Source of the DNA: Mobula hypostoma
Taxonomy: Eukaryota
Reading direction: 5' to 3'
NCBI RefSeq assembly: GCF_963921235.1
Contig: NC_086097.1
Coordinates: 190,156,001 to 190,220,000 of the forward strand
Length of the DNA: 64,000 nucleotides
Below, in pieces: positions 63,691-64,000 of the stretch. The notes beneath the pieces were generated by a model that saw only the letters and a list, made by a program, of their open reading frames with translations, was not told where the DNA came from and did no database searches. Numbering within the stretch: the stretch's first letter is position 1; each line of letters opens with the position of its first letter. The translations under genes were made by a program, and so were the position numbers.

Positions 63691-64000
63691 GGAGACTGAA
63701 GAGATTTGGACGATGCACACCTATACACATGTCATTGTACAGTTCTGCGGTAGACAGCATCCTAAATTCTGTATCAATGTATGGTACAGAAGCTGCACTA
63801 TGGCAGACAGGAAGGTTTTACAATGGGTTATCAAAACTGAACAATGCATCAGTAACACCAACCTACCTGCCTTCAAGGACATGTATAAAGAAAGGTACTG
63901 GAAAAAGGGCCACTAATATCATGAAGAATCCCAAGCACCCTGCTCATGGAATGTTTGTTCCACTCCCATCAGGGAAGAGGCCATGCCAGGTCTATCAGAC
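63691..64000 (+). mobile_element. Rex1/Babar-like LINE, 3' part
   Basis: Rejoined junction reads LYFLRRLKRFG; CINVWYRSCTMADRKVLQ…HPAH. Confidence 0.85.

Noticed and set aside
1..64000. CRISPR arrays, prokaryotic operons, tRNA/rRNA genes
   Set aside because: None seen; the sequence is vertebrate repeat-rich DNA and the tRNA-like boxes belong to SINEs

Overview
Eukaryotic, AT-rich vertebrate DNA that is intronic or intergenic and dominated by retrotransposons. The repeat mix (CR1 LINEs with esterase ORF1, Rex1/Babar-like LINEs, V-SINE-like elements, Penelope-like elements) suggests a cartilaginous fish; this is inference. No host protein-coding gene could be identified with confidence. Main contents: (1) a decayed chromodomain-bearing Ty3/Gypsy element at 1665-5573 with a 5-bp TSD; (2) about a dozen CR1 copies, including a near-intact one (24451-28030) whose ORF1/ORF2 junction has a U_UUA_AAC -1 slippery heptamer and no usable AUG for ORF2; (3) several Penelope-like insertions carrying minimal hammerhead-ribozyme motifs and 14-17 bp TSDs, one with a GIY-YIG domain between ~385-bp inverted arms; (4) a Gmr1-type Gypsy element (PR-IN-RT-RH order, 57249-63686) inserted in a Rex1-like LINE and itself interrupted by a solo LTR. 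Boundaries of degraded copies are approximate; all motif and TSD calls were read by eye.
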